Source: Ramlibacter sp. (GTDB lineage Bacteria > Pseudomonadota > Gammaproteobacteria > Burkholderiales > Burkholderiaceae_C). From it: a stretch of 64,000 nucleotides of DNA. The notes under the pieces are model-generated. The model had not been told where the DNA came from, did no database searches, and saw only the letters and a list, made by a program, of their open reading frames with translations. The stretch spans positions 20,712 to 84,711 of the forward strand of contig NZ_DASPLW010000040.1 in assembly GCF_035627355.1 (NCBI RefSeq). Direction: 5' to 3'. Within the stretch, counting starts at the first letter, position 1; each line of letters begins with the position of its first letter. Shown one piece after another: positions 29,721 to 38,720 of the stretch. A program made the translations under genes and the position numbers.

Positions 29721-30445
29721 GGGGTGTGTTCGTGTTCGTTGCGCAGCGCGTCCAGCAGCCCCGCCACGGGCTCCAGCCGCAGCTCCAGTTCGGCGAGCAG
29801 GGCCTGGCGCCAGTCCTCGCCGAAGGCGTGCAGCCAGCCGCCAGGCCTGGCCCACTGGGCGGGGTCGTCGGGTGTGTCGGCCGCCTGGGCCTTGGCGTGC
29901 GCGTGTCGCAACTGGTGGAAGCGGCGCTCCAGCAGCGCCGCGGCGGTGGGCAGCAGCTTCTGCTCGCGCACGGCGAGCACGTCCTCCAGCGCCGCATCCA
30001 GTTCGGCCAGCGGCCGCAGCCGCGGCGAGCGCCCCGCAACCTTCTGCCGCACGTGGTCGCGCAGGGCCGTGAGCATCTGCTCCATCTGGCGCTGCAGCTC
30101 CAGGTGGCGCTGCCGGAACGGCGCGTAGCCGAAGTCCGGGTCGGACGGCTTCAGGTTGGCCAGCGCCAGCGGGTCCTGCGCGATCGCCTTGGCGAGCACG
30201 CCACGCACCCGCTGCACGTCCTCGTCGAGGGCGGCGATCGCCTGGCTGCGTGCGGCGGGGCCGCGGGCTGCGCTGGCGGGTCGGGGGCGCACCGGTTGCT
30301 GCGCAGACTGCAGCCGGATCGCATCCAGCGGGCCGATCCACAGGCTGGTCCGCTCGGCGAAGTCCATGCCCGACCGGTCCGCCTCCACCGGCGTCCAGGC
30401 GCCGAGCAGGCGGACGAGTCGCGAGGGGCCGAACGTGCTGTGCAA
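29717..30445 (-). CDS. DUF3348-like protein (first gene of the MotAB-like cassette)
   Basis: Proposed TTG start at 30445, with GAGGA 7 nt upstream. The track ORF extends to 30673, but that stretch is Pro/Gly/Arg low complexity. ATGA overlap with the next gene. The DUF name is from recollection. Confidence 0.6.
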   Translation of the reverse strand: MHSTFGPSRLVRLLGAWTPVEADRSGMDFAERTSLWIGPLDAIRLQSAQQPVRPRPASAARGPAARSQAIAALDEDVQRVRGVLAKAIAQDPLALANLKPSDPDFGYAPFRQRHLELQRQMEQMLTALRDHVRQKVAGRSPRLRPLAELDAALEDVLAVREQKLLPTAAALLERRFHQLRHAHAKAQAADTPDDPAQWARPGGWLHAFGEDWRQALLAELELRLEPVAGLLDALRNEHEHTP

Positions 30446-30772
30446 GAAGCGATCCTCTGCACCGGGCAGGTGCGCTGCGGGTCCTTGTGGTTGATGGGGC
30501 GGGCGATGGCCCTTGGCAGGTGGGCCCGGATGGGCCCGGGAGCCGGAGCCCGGCTCGCCCCGCAGGCCGGGGCGTTGCCTGCCCGCGGGGCCCGTATTAG
30601 AAACGATCCGGCTGGGCTGGCCGGCGTCCGCACGCCCGGCGAGGGCACGGCGGCGCCAGCGGGCCGCGGCCATGTTGCGCGCGCCAGCCAGCCCCGTGCA
30701 TATGTCGCGGCCGCTGCAATTGCTCGCAGACAGCGCGGCCGGAATGTGCGTGGGATCCCTGCGTTCCGCGCT

Positions 30773-31501
30773 TCAGCCGTCCAGTTCCGGGTAGCGCCGG
30801 AACAGCCCCTGCTGGTTGAAGGCGATGCGCCGCTCGCTGCCCAGGTAGCCGCGCAGGCGCCGGTGCGAGCCGACTCCGGCGTGCAGCGCCGCGACGAGCG
30901 GCGCCTTCTTCAGCACCCGCCGCGTCGCCTTCGGGAAGGCGTACTGCAGACCGTCCACCACCTGGAACAGCGACAGGTCGACATAGCTGAGCCGGCCGCC
31001 CACCAGGTGCGGCAGGGAAGCACCCGCATTGCGCGGGTTGCGTTCCAGCACCGCCTCGAACCAGGCCATGAACTTGGTCAGCCGGTTCCTGCGGAAGTCG
31101 GCCGCGCGCGCCTGCGCCTCGGCCTGCTGGTCCTCGTAGTACCGGCTGACGGCGATCGGGTGGTGCGTGTCGTGCACCTCCGCCACGAAGTCGGCGATGG
31201 TCAGCTGGACCTGGTGGGTCCAGAACGCGTCGGCCTCGCTGCGCCCCACCAGTCCGAGCCTGGGCCCGAGATACATCAGGATCGCCGCGGTCTGCGCCAG
31301 CACCAGCTTGCCCTCGACCAGGAAGGGCGGCGCGAACGGCGGCCGCGCGACCTCGGGCGAAGCCAAATAGTGCGTCATCGCCGGCATGCCGCCTTCCTCT
31401 CGCGCGACGTCGACGTAGGGCGCACCGGCCGCCTCTAGCGCGAGGCGCACGAATTCGCCGCGCCCCTGGATGGTGGGCCAGTAGTGGAGTTCATAAGGCA
31501 T
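30773..31501 (-). CDS. Glutathione S-transferase family protein
   Basis: MPYELHYWPTIQGRGEFVRLALEAAG..., 242 aa, GST N- and C-domain pattern. Confidence 0.85.
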   Translation of the reverse strand: MPYELHYWPTIQGRGEFVRLALEAAGAPYVDVAREEGGMPAMTHYLASPEVARPPFAPPFLVEGKLVLAQTAAILMYLGPRLGLVGRSEADAFWTHQVQLTIADFVAEVHDTHHPIAVSRYYEDQQAEAQARAADFRRNRLTKFMAWFEAVLERNPRNAGASLPHLVGGRLSYVDLSLFQVVDGLQYAFPKATRRVLKKAPLVAALHAGVGSHRRLRGYLGSERRIAFNQQGLFRRYPELDG

Positions 31502-31536
31502 GGTGCGCGCCTTTCTTCGTCTTCGAGTTGCAGGGA

Positions 31537-32262
31537 TCAGCCGAGCAGCGGCGCCCACTCGGGTCCGCAGGCGGCCGCGATGCGCAGCCCGCCTGGCAGT
31601 TCCAGGCGCGCGGCGTGCAGCCACAGCCGGGAGACACCCAGCCATTGCGCCACGGCGCGGTTGTGCGCGCCCTTGCCGTGCGTGGTGTCGCCCACCAGCG
31701 GGTGCGCGAGGTACTTGAAGTGACGGCGGATCTGGTGCCGGCGGCCGGTCAGCGGCTCCACCTCGACCAGCGAGTAGCGGCTGCTGGCGTGGCGGCCATC
31801 CACGCGGAACGGCCACTCGAAGCAGCGCAGGCGGCGGTAGCGGGTGAGGGCGTCCACGCGCGGCTGGCCGGCCGAAGGCTGCTCGGGGTCGCGCGCGAGC
31901 GGGTAGTCGATCTCGCCGGCTTCGGGAGGCCAGCCGCGCACCAGCGCCAGGTAGTGCTTGCCGATGCGCCCGGCCTCGAAGGCTTGCCCGTACTCTCGAG
32001 CAGCTTGCGCGGTGCGGGCGAAGAGCAGCACGCCGCTGGTCGCCTTGTCCAGGCGATGCAGCGGAAGCAGCCGCTCGCCGAGTTGCCGCTCCAGCATCTC
32101 CAGCGCCGTGTGCGCCTCGTGCGCATCGAGCCGGCTAGGGTGCACCAGCAGGCCGGCCGGCTTGTCGATGGCGACCAGGTCGGTGTCGAGGTGGAGCACG
32201 CGCAACTCGCCCGGAGGCTTGGGCCCGGTCGAAGACGTCGGAAGGGAGGAGGGCAGGAGCAT
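31537..32262 (-). CDS. truC: RluA-family pseudouridine synthase (TruC-like)
   Basis: LVAIDKPAGLLVH, HRLDKATSGVLLFA, GRRHQIRRHF motifs. Alternative start at 32286. Confidence 0.8.
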   Translation of the reverse strand: MLLPSSLPTSSTGPKPPGELRVLHLDTDLVAIDKPAGLLVHPSRLDAHEAHTALEMLERQLGERLLPLHRLDKATSGVLLFARTAQAAREYGQAFEAGRIGKHYLALVRGWPPEAGEIDYPLARDPEQPSAGQPRVDALTRYRRLRCFEWPFRVDGRHASSRYSLVEVEPLTGRRHQIRRHFKYLAHPLVGDTTHGKGAHNRAVAQWLGVSRLWLHAARLELPGGLRIAAACGPEWAPLLG

Positions 32263-32385
32263 GCGAGGGCCGGTCGAAGGCGCCATGCTGCCAGACGGCC
32301 GCGGCCTGCAAGCGCCGAGCTTGGTGCGCCAAGGTCCGGCCGCGGTCCTACATCGGATGGCCCCCCGCAGCGCGACCATGCGGCC

Positions 32386-32973
32386 ATGACACCGTCCCGC
32401 CGCTCGATCCTCTTGTCCGCTGTCGCGCTGCTCGCCGCCTGCGCCGGCCCGCCACCGCCCGCGACGGTGCAGGTCTTCACCGGTCCGGTGCAGCTGCCGG
32501 CCGGATCCACCTATCGCTACGAGCGCCTGCCATCGCAGCAGGCACAGCCGCGGCGCAACGAAATGGAAGCCGCCGCCGATGCCGTGCTGGCCCGCGCGGG
32601 ACTGCGGCGCGACGACGCATCGGGGCGGCTGGCCGTGCAGCTGACGGCCACGCAGGACCCGATGGGTTACGGGCCATGGGGCGGTCCGTATGGAGGGGGT
32701 TCGTCGGTCGGCATAGGCATCAGCGGCGGCAGCGGGGGCGGCGGCGTGGGCATCGGGCTAGGCATCCCCATCGGCGGCACCGGCGCGCGTGCCTCGCAGC
32801 GGCTGGACGTGCAGATCCGCGACCTGGCCAGCGGGCAGGTGGTGTTCCAGTCACAGGCCAGCGGCAGCGCCGGCGCCAGCCCGGTGGCACTGCTGCAGGC
32901 CGCGCTGCGCGATTTCCCGAACGCGCGCCCGGGCACGCGGCAGGTGCCGCTGGACGAAGCGGCCGCCCGCTGA
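32386..32973 (+). CDS. Lipoprotein (DUF4136-like) with a Gly-rich insert
   Basis: Lipobox LLAACAG after MTPSRRSILLSAVA. The Gly-rich segment is GGPYGGGSSVGIGISGGSGGGGVGIGLG. Confidence 0.7.
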   Translation: MTPSRRSILLSAVALLAACAGPPPPATVQVFTGPVQLPAGSTYRYERLPSQQAQPRRNEMEAAADAVLARAGLRRDDASGRLAVQLTATQDPMGYGPWGGPYGGGSSVGIGISGGSGGGGVGIGLGIPIGGTGARASQRLDVQIRDLASGQVVFQSQASGSAGASPVALLQAALRDFPNARPGTRQVPLDEAAAR

Positions 32974-32981
32974 GCGCGCCT

Positions 32982-34016
32982 TCAGGCGATGCGTCCGAAC
33001 CAGAGCACCGACAGGCCGCCGCCTGCGAGTGCCAGCAGCGCCGAGGCGAAGGACAGCAGGCCGGTGAGTTCGGTCTCGCGCACCTCCACTTCGAGCCGCG
33101 AACCCAGGTTCTGGTAGACGCCGCGCAGCATCTCGGCGGTGCCCGCGTGGTGGTACTGGCCATCGGTCATCCGCGCCACCTCGCGCAGCGTGGGTTCGTC
33201 GAGCTGGACGTAGATCGGCAGGCCGTTGAACGTGGCTGCGTCGCTGGGCGAGCCCAGGCCGACCACGTAGATACGGACTCCGCGGTCGGCGGCCATCCGC
33301 GCCGCGTGCAGCGTATCCATGCCGGTCGTGCGGCGGCCGTCGCTCAGCAGGATGATGGCGGCCGAGGGGTACGAGCCCGGCGCCACCGGCGTGACCGGTT
33401 TCGGTGCCTTCTTCTCCTGCTCGTCCAAGCTGCGCCCCTGCGTCCCGTGGCTCCATGCCCCTTCGTCCACGGTGATGCCCTGGTCCGGGAACAGCTCGGC
33501 CAGGCACAGCACGATGGCGTCGCCCACCGCCGTGCCCAACTGCATCTGGAAGCGGTCGATGGCCGTGGCCAGCGCGGGGCGGTCCAGCGTGGGGCGCTGC
33601 GCGACGTGGCTGCTGCCGGCGAAGGTGACCAGCCCGACCTCGATGTCACTGGGCAGATACTGCAGGAACGCCTTCGCCGCTTCCTGCGCGGCCTCGAGCC
33701 GGGTCGGCTTGACGTCGTCGACCCGCATGCTGAGCGACACGTCCATGGCCAGCATGATGGTCGAGCGGGCCCACGGCAGCGAAACCCTCGCCACCGGCCG
33801 CGACACGGCCAGCAGCAGCCCGGCGAGGGCCACCAAGAGCAGCAAGGGCGGGACGTGGCGGCGCCATCGGGACGCGCGCGCCGCCTCGCTGGCGATGCGC
33901 ACGCTGCTGTAGCGCAGGGCCGAGCGCCGTCGGCGCTGCAGCAGCCACACGTAGGCCACCGGCAGCAGCGGCAGAGCCAGCATCAGCCAGAGCAACTCGC
34001 GCCACAGGAACGACAT
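32982..34016 (-). CDS. VWA domain-containing membrane protein (BatA-like)
   Basis: N-terminal TM helices, then a VWA domain with MIDAS DVSLSM...; C-terminal TM helix. Confidence 0.8.
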   Translation of the reverse strand: MSFLWRELLWLMLALPLLPVAYVWLLQRRRRSALRYSSVRIASEAARASRWRRHVPPLLLLVALAGLLLAVSRPVARVSLPWARSTIMLAMDVSLSMRVDDVKPTRLEAAQEAAKAFLQYLPSDIEVGLVTFAGSSHVAQRPTLDRPALATAIDRFQMQLGTAVGDAIVLCLAELFPDQGITVDEGAWSHGTQGRSLDEQEKKAPKPVTPVAPGSYPSAAIILLSDGRRTTGMDTLHAARMAADRGVRIYVVGLGSPSDAATFNGLPIYVQLDEPTLREVARMTDGQYHHAGTAEMLRGVYQNLGSRLEVEVRETELTGLLSFASALLALAGGGLSVLWFGRIA

Positions 34017-34198
34017 CGGCGGCGACTCCGGGGCCCTCGTGCCACGGCACCTCATCCGGCGCCGGCACGCGGTCACGAGTTTTCACGCGTGCGATGGCAT
34101 CGTGCCGGGGAAGCAGGGCGTTGGCAATGAGTTCAGCGCGGCCGTAGCGAACCCGTTCGGCATCGGCTGGCCCGCCGTCGCGCGCAGGCGCTGCTACA

Positions 34199-34444
34199 TT
34201 GCCGCGCATGTCCGACCTCGCACCGCTTCCATCTGCGCGCACCGGCCGCTACCGGCACTACAAGGGCGGCGAGTACGAAGTGCTCGGCGTCGTGCGCCAC
34301 AGCGAGACGCTGGAGCCGCTGGTGCTCTATCGCGCGCTGTACGGCGAGCAGGGCCTGTGGGTGCGGCCGCATGCCATGTTCTTCGAGCGCATCGAAGTCG
34401 ACGGCGTGCTGCGCCCGCGCTTCGAGCCGATCGCAACGCCGTGA
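34199..34444 (+). CDS. DUF1653 domain protein
   Basis: GRYRHYKGGEYEVLGVVRHSETLEPLVLYRALY pattern. Alternative start at 34208. Confidence 0.7.
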   Translation: MPRMSDLAPLPSARTGRYRHYKGGEYEVLGVVRHSETLEPLVLYRALYGEQGLWVRPHAMFFERIEVDGVLRPRFEPIATP

Positions 34445-35280
34445 TCGTCGACCTGGTCGACGGCACCTACGAGCTGTTCCGGCACTTCTACGGCCTGCGC
34501 CGCTTCACCAAGGGCAAGGACCGGCCCTACGGCGCCGTCGTCGGCGTGCTGAACGGCGTGCTGCAGCTGCTCGAGAACCGCGCCACCCACGTCGGCGTGG
34601 CCACCGACCACGTGATCGAGTCCTTCCGCAACCAGCTCTGGCCCGGCTACAAGACGGGCGAGGGCATCGAGCCGGCCCTGCGGGCGCAGTTCCATCCCTT
34701 GGAAGAAGGCCTTGCCGCGATGGGCGTGGTGGTCTGGCCCATGGTGGAACTGGAGGCCGACGATGCGCTCGCCAGCGCCGCGGCCCTGGCCGATGCCGAC
34801 GCGCGGGTGCAGAAGGTGCTGGTCTGGACCCCGGACAAGGACCTGGCGCAGTGCGTGCGCGGCGACCGCGTGCTGCAGGTGGATCGCCGCGGCCCGCAGA
34901 TCCGCACCGCCGCCGACATCCGCGACAAGTTCGGCGTCGAGCCGGCACTGATCCCCGACTTCCTCGCGCTGGTGGGCGATGCCGCCGACGGCTATCCGGG
35001 CATCACCGGCATCGGCGCGGTGGGTGCGGCGCGCCTGCTGAACCGCTACGGCCCGATCGAAGCCTTCCCGGCCGACGTGCTGGGCGCGCAGGCCGAAGCC
35101 GCGCAGCTGTTCAAGCGACTGGCCACGCTCCGCAGCGACGCGCGCCTGTTCGAGGACGTGGAGGCCTTGCGCTGGTCGGGGCCGACCCCGGCGTTCGCGG
35201 CGTGGACGGAGCGCATGGGCGAGCCGAAGTTGCTGCAGCGGGCGAGGGAAGTACAGCGGAAGGTGGCCGCGCGCGGCTGA
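34441..35280 (+). CDS. 5'-3' exonuclease / flap endonuclease family protein
   Basis: GTG at 34441 overlaps the DUF1653 stop (GTGA). VDGTYELFRHFY, LEADDALASAA, and H3TH motif GYPGITGIGAVGAARLL. Confidence 0.85.
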   Translation: MIVDLVDGTYELFRHFYGLRRFTKGKDRPYGAVVGVLNGVLQLLENRATHVGVATDHVIESFRNQLWPGYKTGEGIEPALRAQFHPLEEGLAAMGVVVWPMVELEADDALASAAALADADARVQKVLVWTPDKDLAQCVRGDRVLQVDRRGPQIRTAADIRDKFGVEPALIPDFLALVGDAADGYPGITGIGAVGAARLLNRYGPIEAFPADVLGAQAEAAQLFKRLATLRSDARLFEDVEALRWSGPTPAFAAWTERMGEPKLLQRAREVQRKVAARG

Positions 35281-35301
35281 AGCGGCGGCTCGCGCCGAGC
35301 G

Positions 35302-36054
35302 TCATCGGGCATTGGCGATCACGCCCGGCGTGCGCCGCGCCATCGCCAGCCACGCCGGCGCGGGCAAACCCCAGCGCCGCTGGATCTCGTCGGCCCGCAA
35401 GGCGAGCACGTCGTCCTCCGGCAGTGCGCCGCAAGGGGCGATCACCACCACGTTGCCTGCTTTCGTCGGCGGGAATTGCCACACCGCGGAGGGCCGCAGG
35501 CCGGCTCGCAGGCGCGCGACGCTGGCCCGCAGGTCCAGCGCGCCGCCGACCAGGTTGGCGACGACGGTGCCGCCCTCGTGCAGCGCGCTGCGGCAATCGG
35601 AATAAAAGCCTTCGCTGTCCAGCGCGGGCCGGTCGACGGCCGCGTCGTAGGCGTCCACCTGCAGCACGTCGACGCCGTGGCTGCCGCGCAGGCCGCGCAT
35701 GAAATCGGCGGCGTCGGCATGCACCACCCGCAGGCGAGGGCCGTCCGGCGGCAACTCGAAATGCGTGCGGCAGGCTTCGATCACGCGCTCGTCGATCTCC
35801 ACCGCCGTGGTGCGCAGGCCCAGCACGCGATGCGCGAACCGGGTGAGCGAGCCGGCGCCCAGGCCCAGCGTGACCAGGTGCTGGTGCGGCAGTTCGTCGG
35901 GATCGTGGAAGAGCAGCCAGCCGAACATGCGCACCGCGTACGCCAGCACCAAATCGTCCGGCGCAGCGATCCGCATCGCGCCCTGGCACCAGGGCGTGCC
36001 GAAGCGCATCAGGCGAAGTCCTTGCTGTTCGCTGATCTCGATGGCTTGCGGCAT
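35302..36054 (-). CDS. Spermidine synthase-like SAM-dependent methyltransferase-fold protein
   Basis: LVTLGLGAGSLTRF ... TAVEIDERVIEACRTHF ... VVHADAADFM. Confidence 0.7.
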   Translation of the reverse strand: MPQAIEISEQQGLRLMRFGTPWCQGAMRIAAPDDLVLAYAVRMFGWLLFHDPDELPHQHLVTLGLGAGSLTRFAHRVLGLRTTAVEIDERVIEACRTHFELPPDGPRLRVVHADAADFMRGLRGSHGVDVLQVDAYDAAVDRPALDSEGFYSDCRSALHEGGTVVANLVGGALDLRASVARLRAGLRPSAVWQFPPTKAGNVVVIAPCGALPEDDVLALRADEIQRRWGLPAPAWLAMARRTPGVIANAR

Positions 36055-36157
36055 GGGCCCAGTGTGCCGCGACCGGAGTGCCCCGGCTCAGCCGGTGTCC
36101 CGCGTTGACCCGGCCCGCGCCATGGCCGATAGTCGCCAGCCACTTCCTGGGGTTGCC

Positions 36158-36967
36158 ATGCCGATCTCCCCTTACGTGCGCGAAGCCGGCGCCGGTCCGG
36201 CGGTGCTGTGCCTGCACGCCAATGCCAGCCACTCCGGACAGTGGCGCTCGCTCATGGACCAGCTCGCCGGCCGCTACCGCGTGTTCGCGGTGGATACCTA
36301 CGGGGCCGGCAAGTCGCCGCCGACTCCGCCGGGTCGCGACCTGCGACTGGCCGACGAAGTCGAGCTGGTCCACGACCTGCTGGCCTCGGTGCCGGAGGGC
36401 ATGCACCTGGTCGGCCACTCGTACGGCGCGGCGATCGCGTTCAAGGCGGCGCTGATGCACCGGCCGCGCGTGCGCAGCCTGGCCGTGTACGAACCCACGC
36501 TGTTCGCGATGGTGGACCGCGACACGCCGCGTCCCAACGGCATCGAGGGCATCCAGCAGGTGGTGCGCGAGGGCGTGGCCAGCCTGGCGCGCGGCGATGC
36601 CGAAGCGGCGGCGCGCGCCTTCATCGACTTCTGGATGGGCGAGGGCAGCTACCAGCGCACCCCGCCCGACCGGCGCCCGGCGCTCGTCGAGTCCTGCCGC
36701 AACCTGCCGCAGTGGTCGCATGCGTTGCTCACCGAGCCGGCCACGCTGGACGAGCTGCGGCAGGTGCGCGTGCCGGTGCTCTACATGGTGGGCGGCCGCT
36801 CGCCCGAGTCCTCGCGCTGCGTGGCCGAGCGCGTGATCCCGGCGCTGCCGGACGTCCGGCGGGTGGACTTCCCGGAGCTGGGGCACATGGCGCCGGTGAT
36901 GCATCCGCAGCCGGTGAACGAGGCGATCGCGGCCTTCCTCGACGAGATCGCGGTTCCGACGGCCTAG
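36158..36967 (+). CDS. Alpha/beta hydrolase
   Basis: GAGPAVLCLHANASHSGQW and the nucleophile elbow VGHSYGA. 269 aa. Confidence 0.85.
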   Translation: MPISPYVREAGAGPAVLCLHANASHSGQWRSLMDQLAGRYRVFAVDTYGAGKSPPTPPGRDLRLADEVELVHDLLASVPEGMHLVGHSYGAAIAFKAALMHRPRVRSLAVYEPTLFAMVDRDTPRPNGIEGIQQVVREGVASLARGDAEAAARAFIDFWMGEGSYQRTPPDRRPALVESCRNLPQWSHALLTEPATLDELRQVRVPVLYMVGGRSPESSRCVAERVIPALPDVRRVDFPELGHMAPVMHPQPVNEAIAAFLDEIAVPTA

Positions 36968-37038
36968 CGCGACCCTGGGCCGGCCAGCCCGGCAGCCCGG
37001 CCACAGCCGACACAATGGGGCCCTTGCCAGGAAACCCC

Positions 37039-38154
37039 ATGAGCCGACTGTTCGAACCCCTCCAGCTGGGCGCGCTGCGCCTTCCCAACCGCATCGTCAT
37101 CGCGCCGATGTGCCAGTACTCGGCCGACGAAGGCAGCGCGACCGACTGGCACCTGATCCACCTCGGCCATCTCGCGCTGTCCGGTGCCGGGCTGCTGATC
37201 GTCGAGGCGACGGCCGTGTCGGACGTCGGGCGCATCACGACCGGCGACCTGGGCCTGTACAGCGACGACAACGAACGCGCGCTGGCGCGGGTGGTCGGCG
37301 CGATCCGCGCCCATTCGACCATCCCGCTGGCGCTGCAACTGGCGCATGCCGGCCGCAAGGGATCCAGCCGCGCGCCCTGGGAAGGCGGCCAGCAGGTCCC
37401 GCCCGACGAACCCGGCGGCTGGGTCGCCGAGGCGCCCTCGGCCCTGCCGCACGGGGCGGGCGAGCAGCCGCCGGCTGCGCTCGATGCCGACGGCCTGGCC
37501 CGGGTTCGCGGGCAGTTCGCCGAGGCCGCCCGGCGCGCCGCGCGGATCGGCTTCGAGGGCATCGAGCTGCACTTCGCCCACGGCTACCTGCTGCACGAAT
37601 TCCTGTCCCCGCTGGCCAACCAGCGCACCGACGCCTACGGCGGCAGCCTGGCCAACCGCATGCGCTTCCCGCTGGAAGTGTTCGATGCCGTGCGCGACGC
37701 CGTGCCCGCGGACCTGCCGGTGTGGGTTCGCATCTCGGCCACCGACTGGGTGCCGGGCGGCTGGGACGTGCCGGACAGCATCGTGCTGGCACGCGAGCTG
37801 AAGGCGCGCGGCTGCGCGGCCATCCACGCCAGCAGCGGCGGCGTCTCGCCGCAGCAGAAGATCACGCTCGGCCCGGGCTACCAGGTGCCTTTCGCCGAAC
37901 GCATCCGCGCCGAGGTGGACCTGCCGGTCGTGGCCGTGGGCCTGGTCACCGAACCGGCGCAGGCCGAGGCCATCATTGCCAGGGGCCAGGCCGACGCAGT
38001 GGCGCTGGCGCGCGCCATGCTGTACGACCCGCGCTGGCCCTGGCACGCCGCCGCCGAGCTGGGCGCGCAGGTGCAGGCCCCGCGGCAGTACTGGCGCTCG
38101 CAGCCGCGCGAGCACAAGGACCTGTTCGCCGGCCTGAGCTTCGGCCAGCGCTAG
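37039..38154 (+). CDS. NADH:flavin oxidoreductase (Old Yellow Enzyme family)
   Basis: MSRLFEPLQLGALRLPNRIVIAPMCQYSA...HAGRK...GFEGIELHFAHGYLLHEFLSPLAN. Confidence 0.9.
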   Translation: MSRLFEPLQLGALRLPNRIVIAPMCQYSADEGSATDWHLIHLGHLALSGAGLLIVEATAVSDVGRITTGDLGLYSDDNERALARVVGAIRAHSTIPLALQLAHAGRKGSSRAPWEGGQQVPPDEPGGWVAEAPSALPHGAGEQPPAALDADGLARVRGQFAEAARRAARIGFEGIELHFAHGYLLHEFLSPLANQRTDAYGGSLANRMRFPLEVFDAVRDAVPADLPVWVRISATDWVPGGWDVPDSIVLARELKARGCAAIHASSGGVSPQQKITLGPGYQVPFAERIRAEVDLPVVAVGLVTEPAQAEAIIARGQADAVALARAMLYDPRWPWHAAAELGAQVQAPRQYWRSQPREHKDLFAGLSFGQR

Positions 38155-38720
38155 GAGGACCAGGGGCTGTGCCGGAACTCGTACCGGCCCAGCTCGCGGC
38201 TGCCGTCGCCCTCGCGCGCGATCAACGTGAGATGCTGCGTGTGCGCCGGCAGCTGCCGCACCTGCGCGACGCTCGGCAGCACCAGCACCTCGCCGCGCGC
38301 CGGATCGAACGGAATGTCGTCGAGCCGGTGCACCACGCCGGGCTGGATCGACAGCTCCACCGCCAGGTCCAGCCGCTGCACGCCCTGCAGCGGCGCCTGC
38401 AGCCGGCTCACCAGCACCTCGTCATCGGGCGCCACGGTGCAGTTGACGCCGCCGTTGTGCGGCACCCGGTACTCGCGGATGCGCACGCCCCGTGCCGCCA
38501 GCCGGTCCACGAAACCGGCGCCTGCGACGACCGTGACGCGGCCGGCCCGCACGGCACCGCGCACGCCGGCGCCCAGTGCCACCAGCTGGTCCAGCCGCTC
38601 GCCGCAGGCGTCGCAAGCCATGAGGTGCGTGTCCACGGCTTCGCGGGTCGCGGCGTCGCTTTCGCCCAGCCAGTCCTGCAGCAGCGCGTCGACGGGAAGA
38701 TGGTCGGTCGGGGCACTCAT
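38151..38720 (-). CDS. Anti-sigma factor (zf-HC2 type, no TM helix)
   Basis: H-x3-C-x2-C motif (HLMACDACGERL). ATGA-coupled to the upstream ECF sigma gene. 189 aa with no hydrophobic segment. Confidence 0.65.
   Translation of the reverse strand: MSAPTDHLPVDALLQDWLGESDAATREAVDTHLMACDACGERLDQLVALGAGVRGAVRAGRVTVVAGAGFVDRLAARGVRIREYRVPHNGGVNCTVAPDDEVLVSRLQAPLQGVQRLDLAVELSIQPGVVHRLDDIPFDPARGEVLVLPSVAQVRQLPAHTQHLTLIAREGDGSRELGRYEFRHSPWSS

Noticed and set aside
27609-30128. 839-aa plus-strand ORF opposite the MotA-like gene; similar long antisense ORFs lie at 9107-11173, 12089-13453, 13657-15450, 35111-37015, 44188-45912, 45894-47867 and 52905-54503
   Set aside because: All are antisense or out of frame relative to genes with strong motif evidence, and all have low-complexity Arg/Gly/Ala/Pro/His composition. 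They were treated as shadow ORFs.
26598-30445. Calling the cassette a bona fide Zorya defence system
   Set aside because: Only the ZorA/ZorB-like architecture is present. The two partner proteins are small, and I see no helicase, nuclease, HNH or other ZorC/D/E-type motifs. From recollection, this gene set is widely conserved in Burkholderiales-type genomes rather than confined to defence islands. It is reported as an uncharacterised motor cassette instead.
29717-30673. Full-length 318-aa version of the first cassette gene starting at 30673
   Set aside because: The first ~76 residues are Pro/Gly/Arg-rich low complexity. The conserved-looking sequence starts at HSTFGPSRLVRLL, right after a TTG with a well-spaced GAGGA. 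The start remains uncertain.
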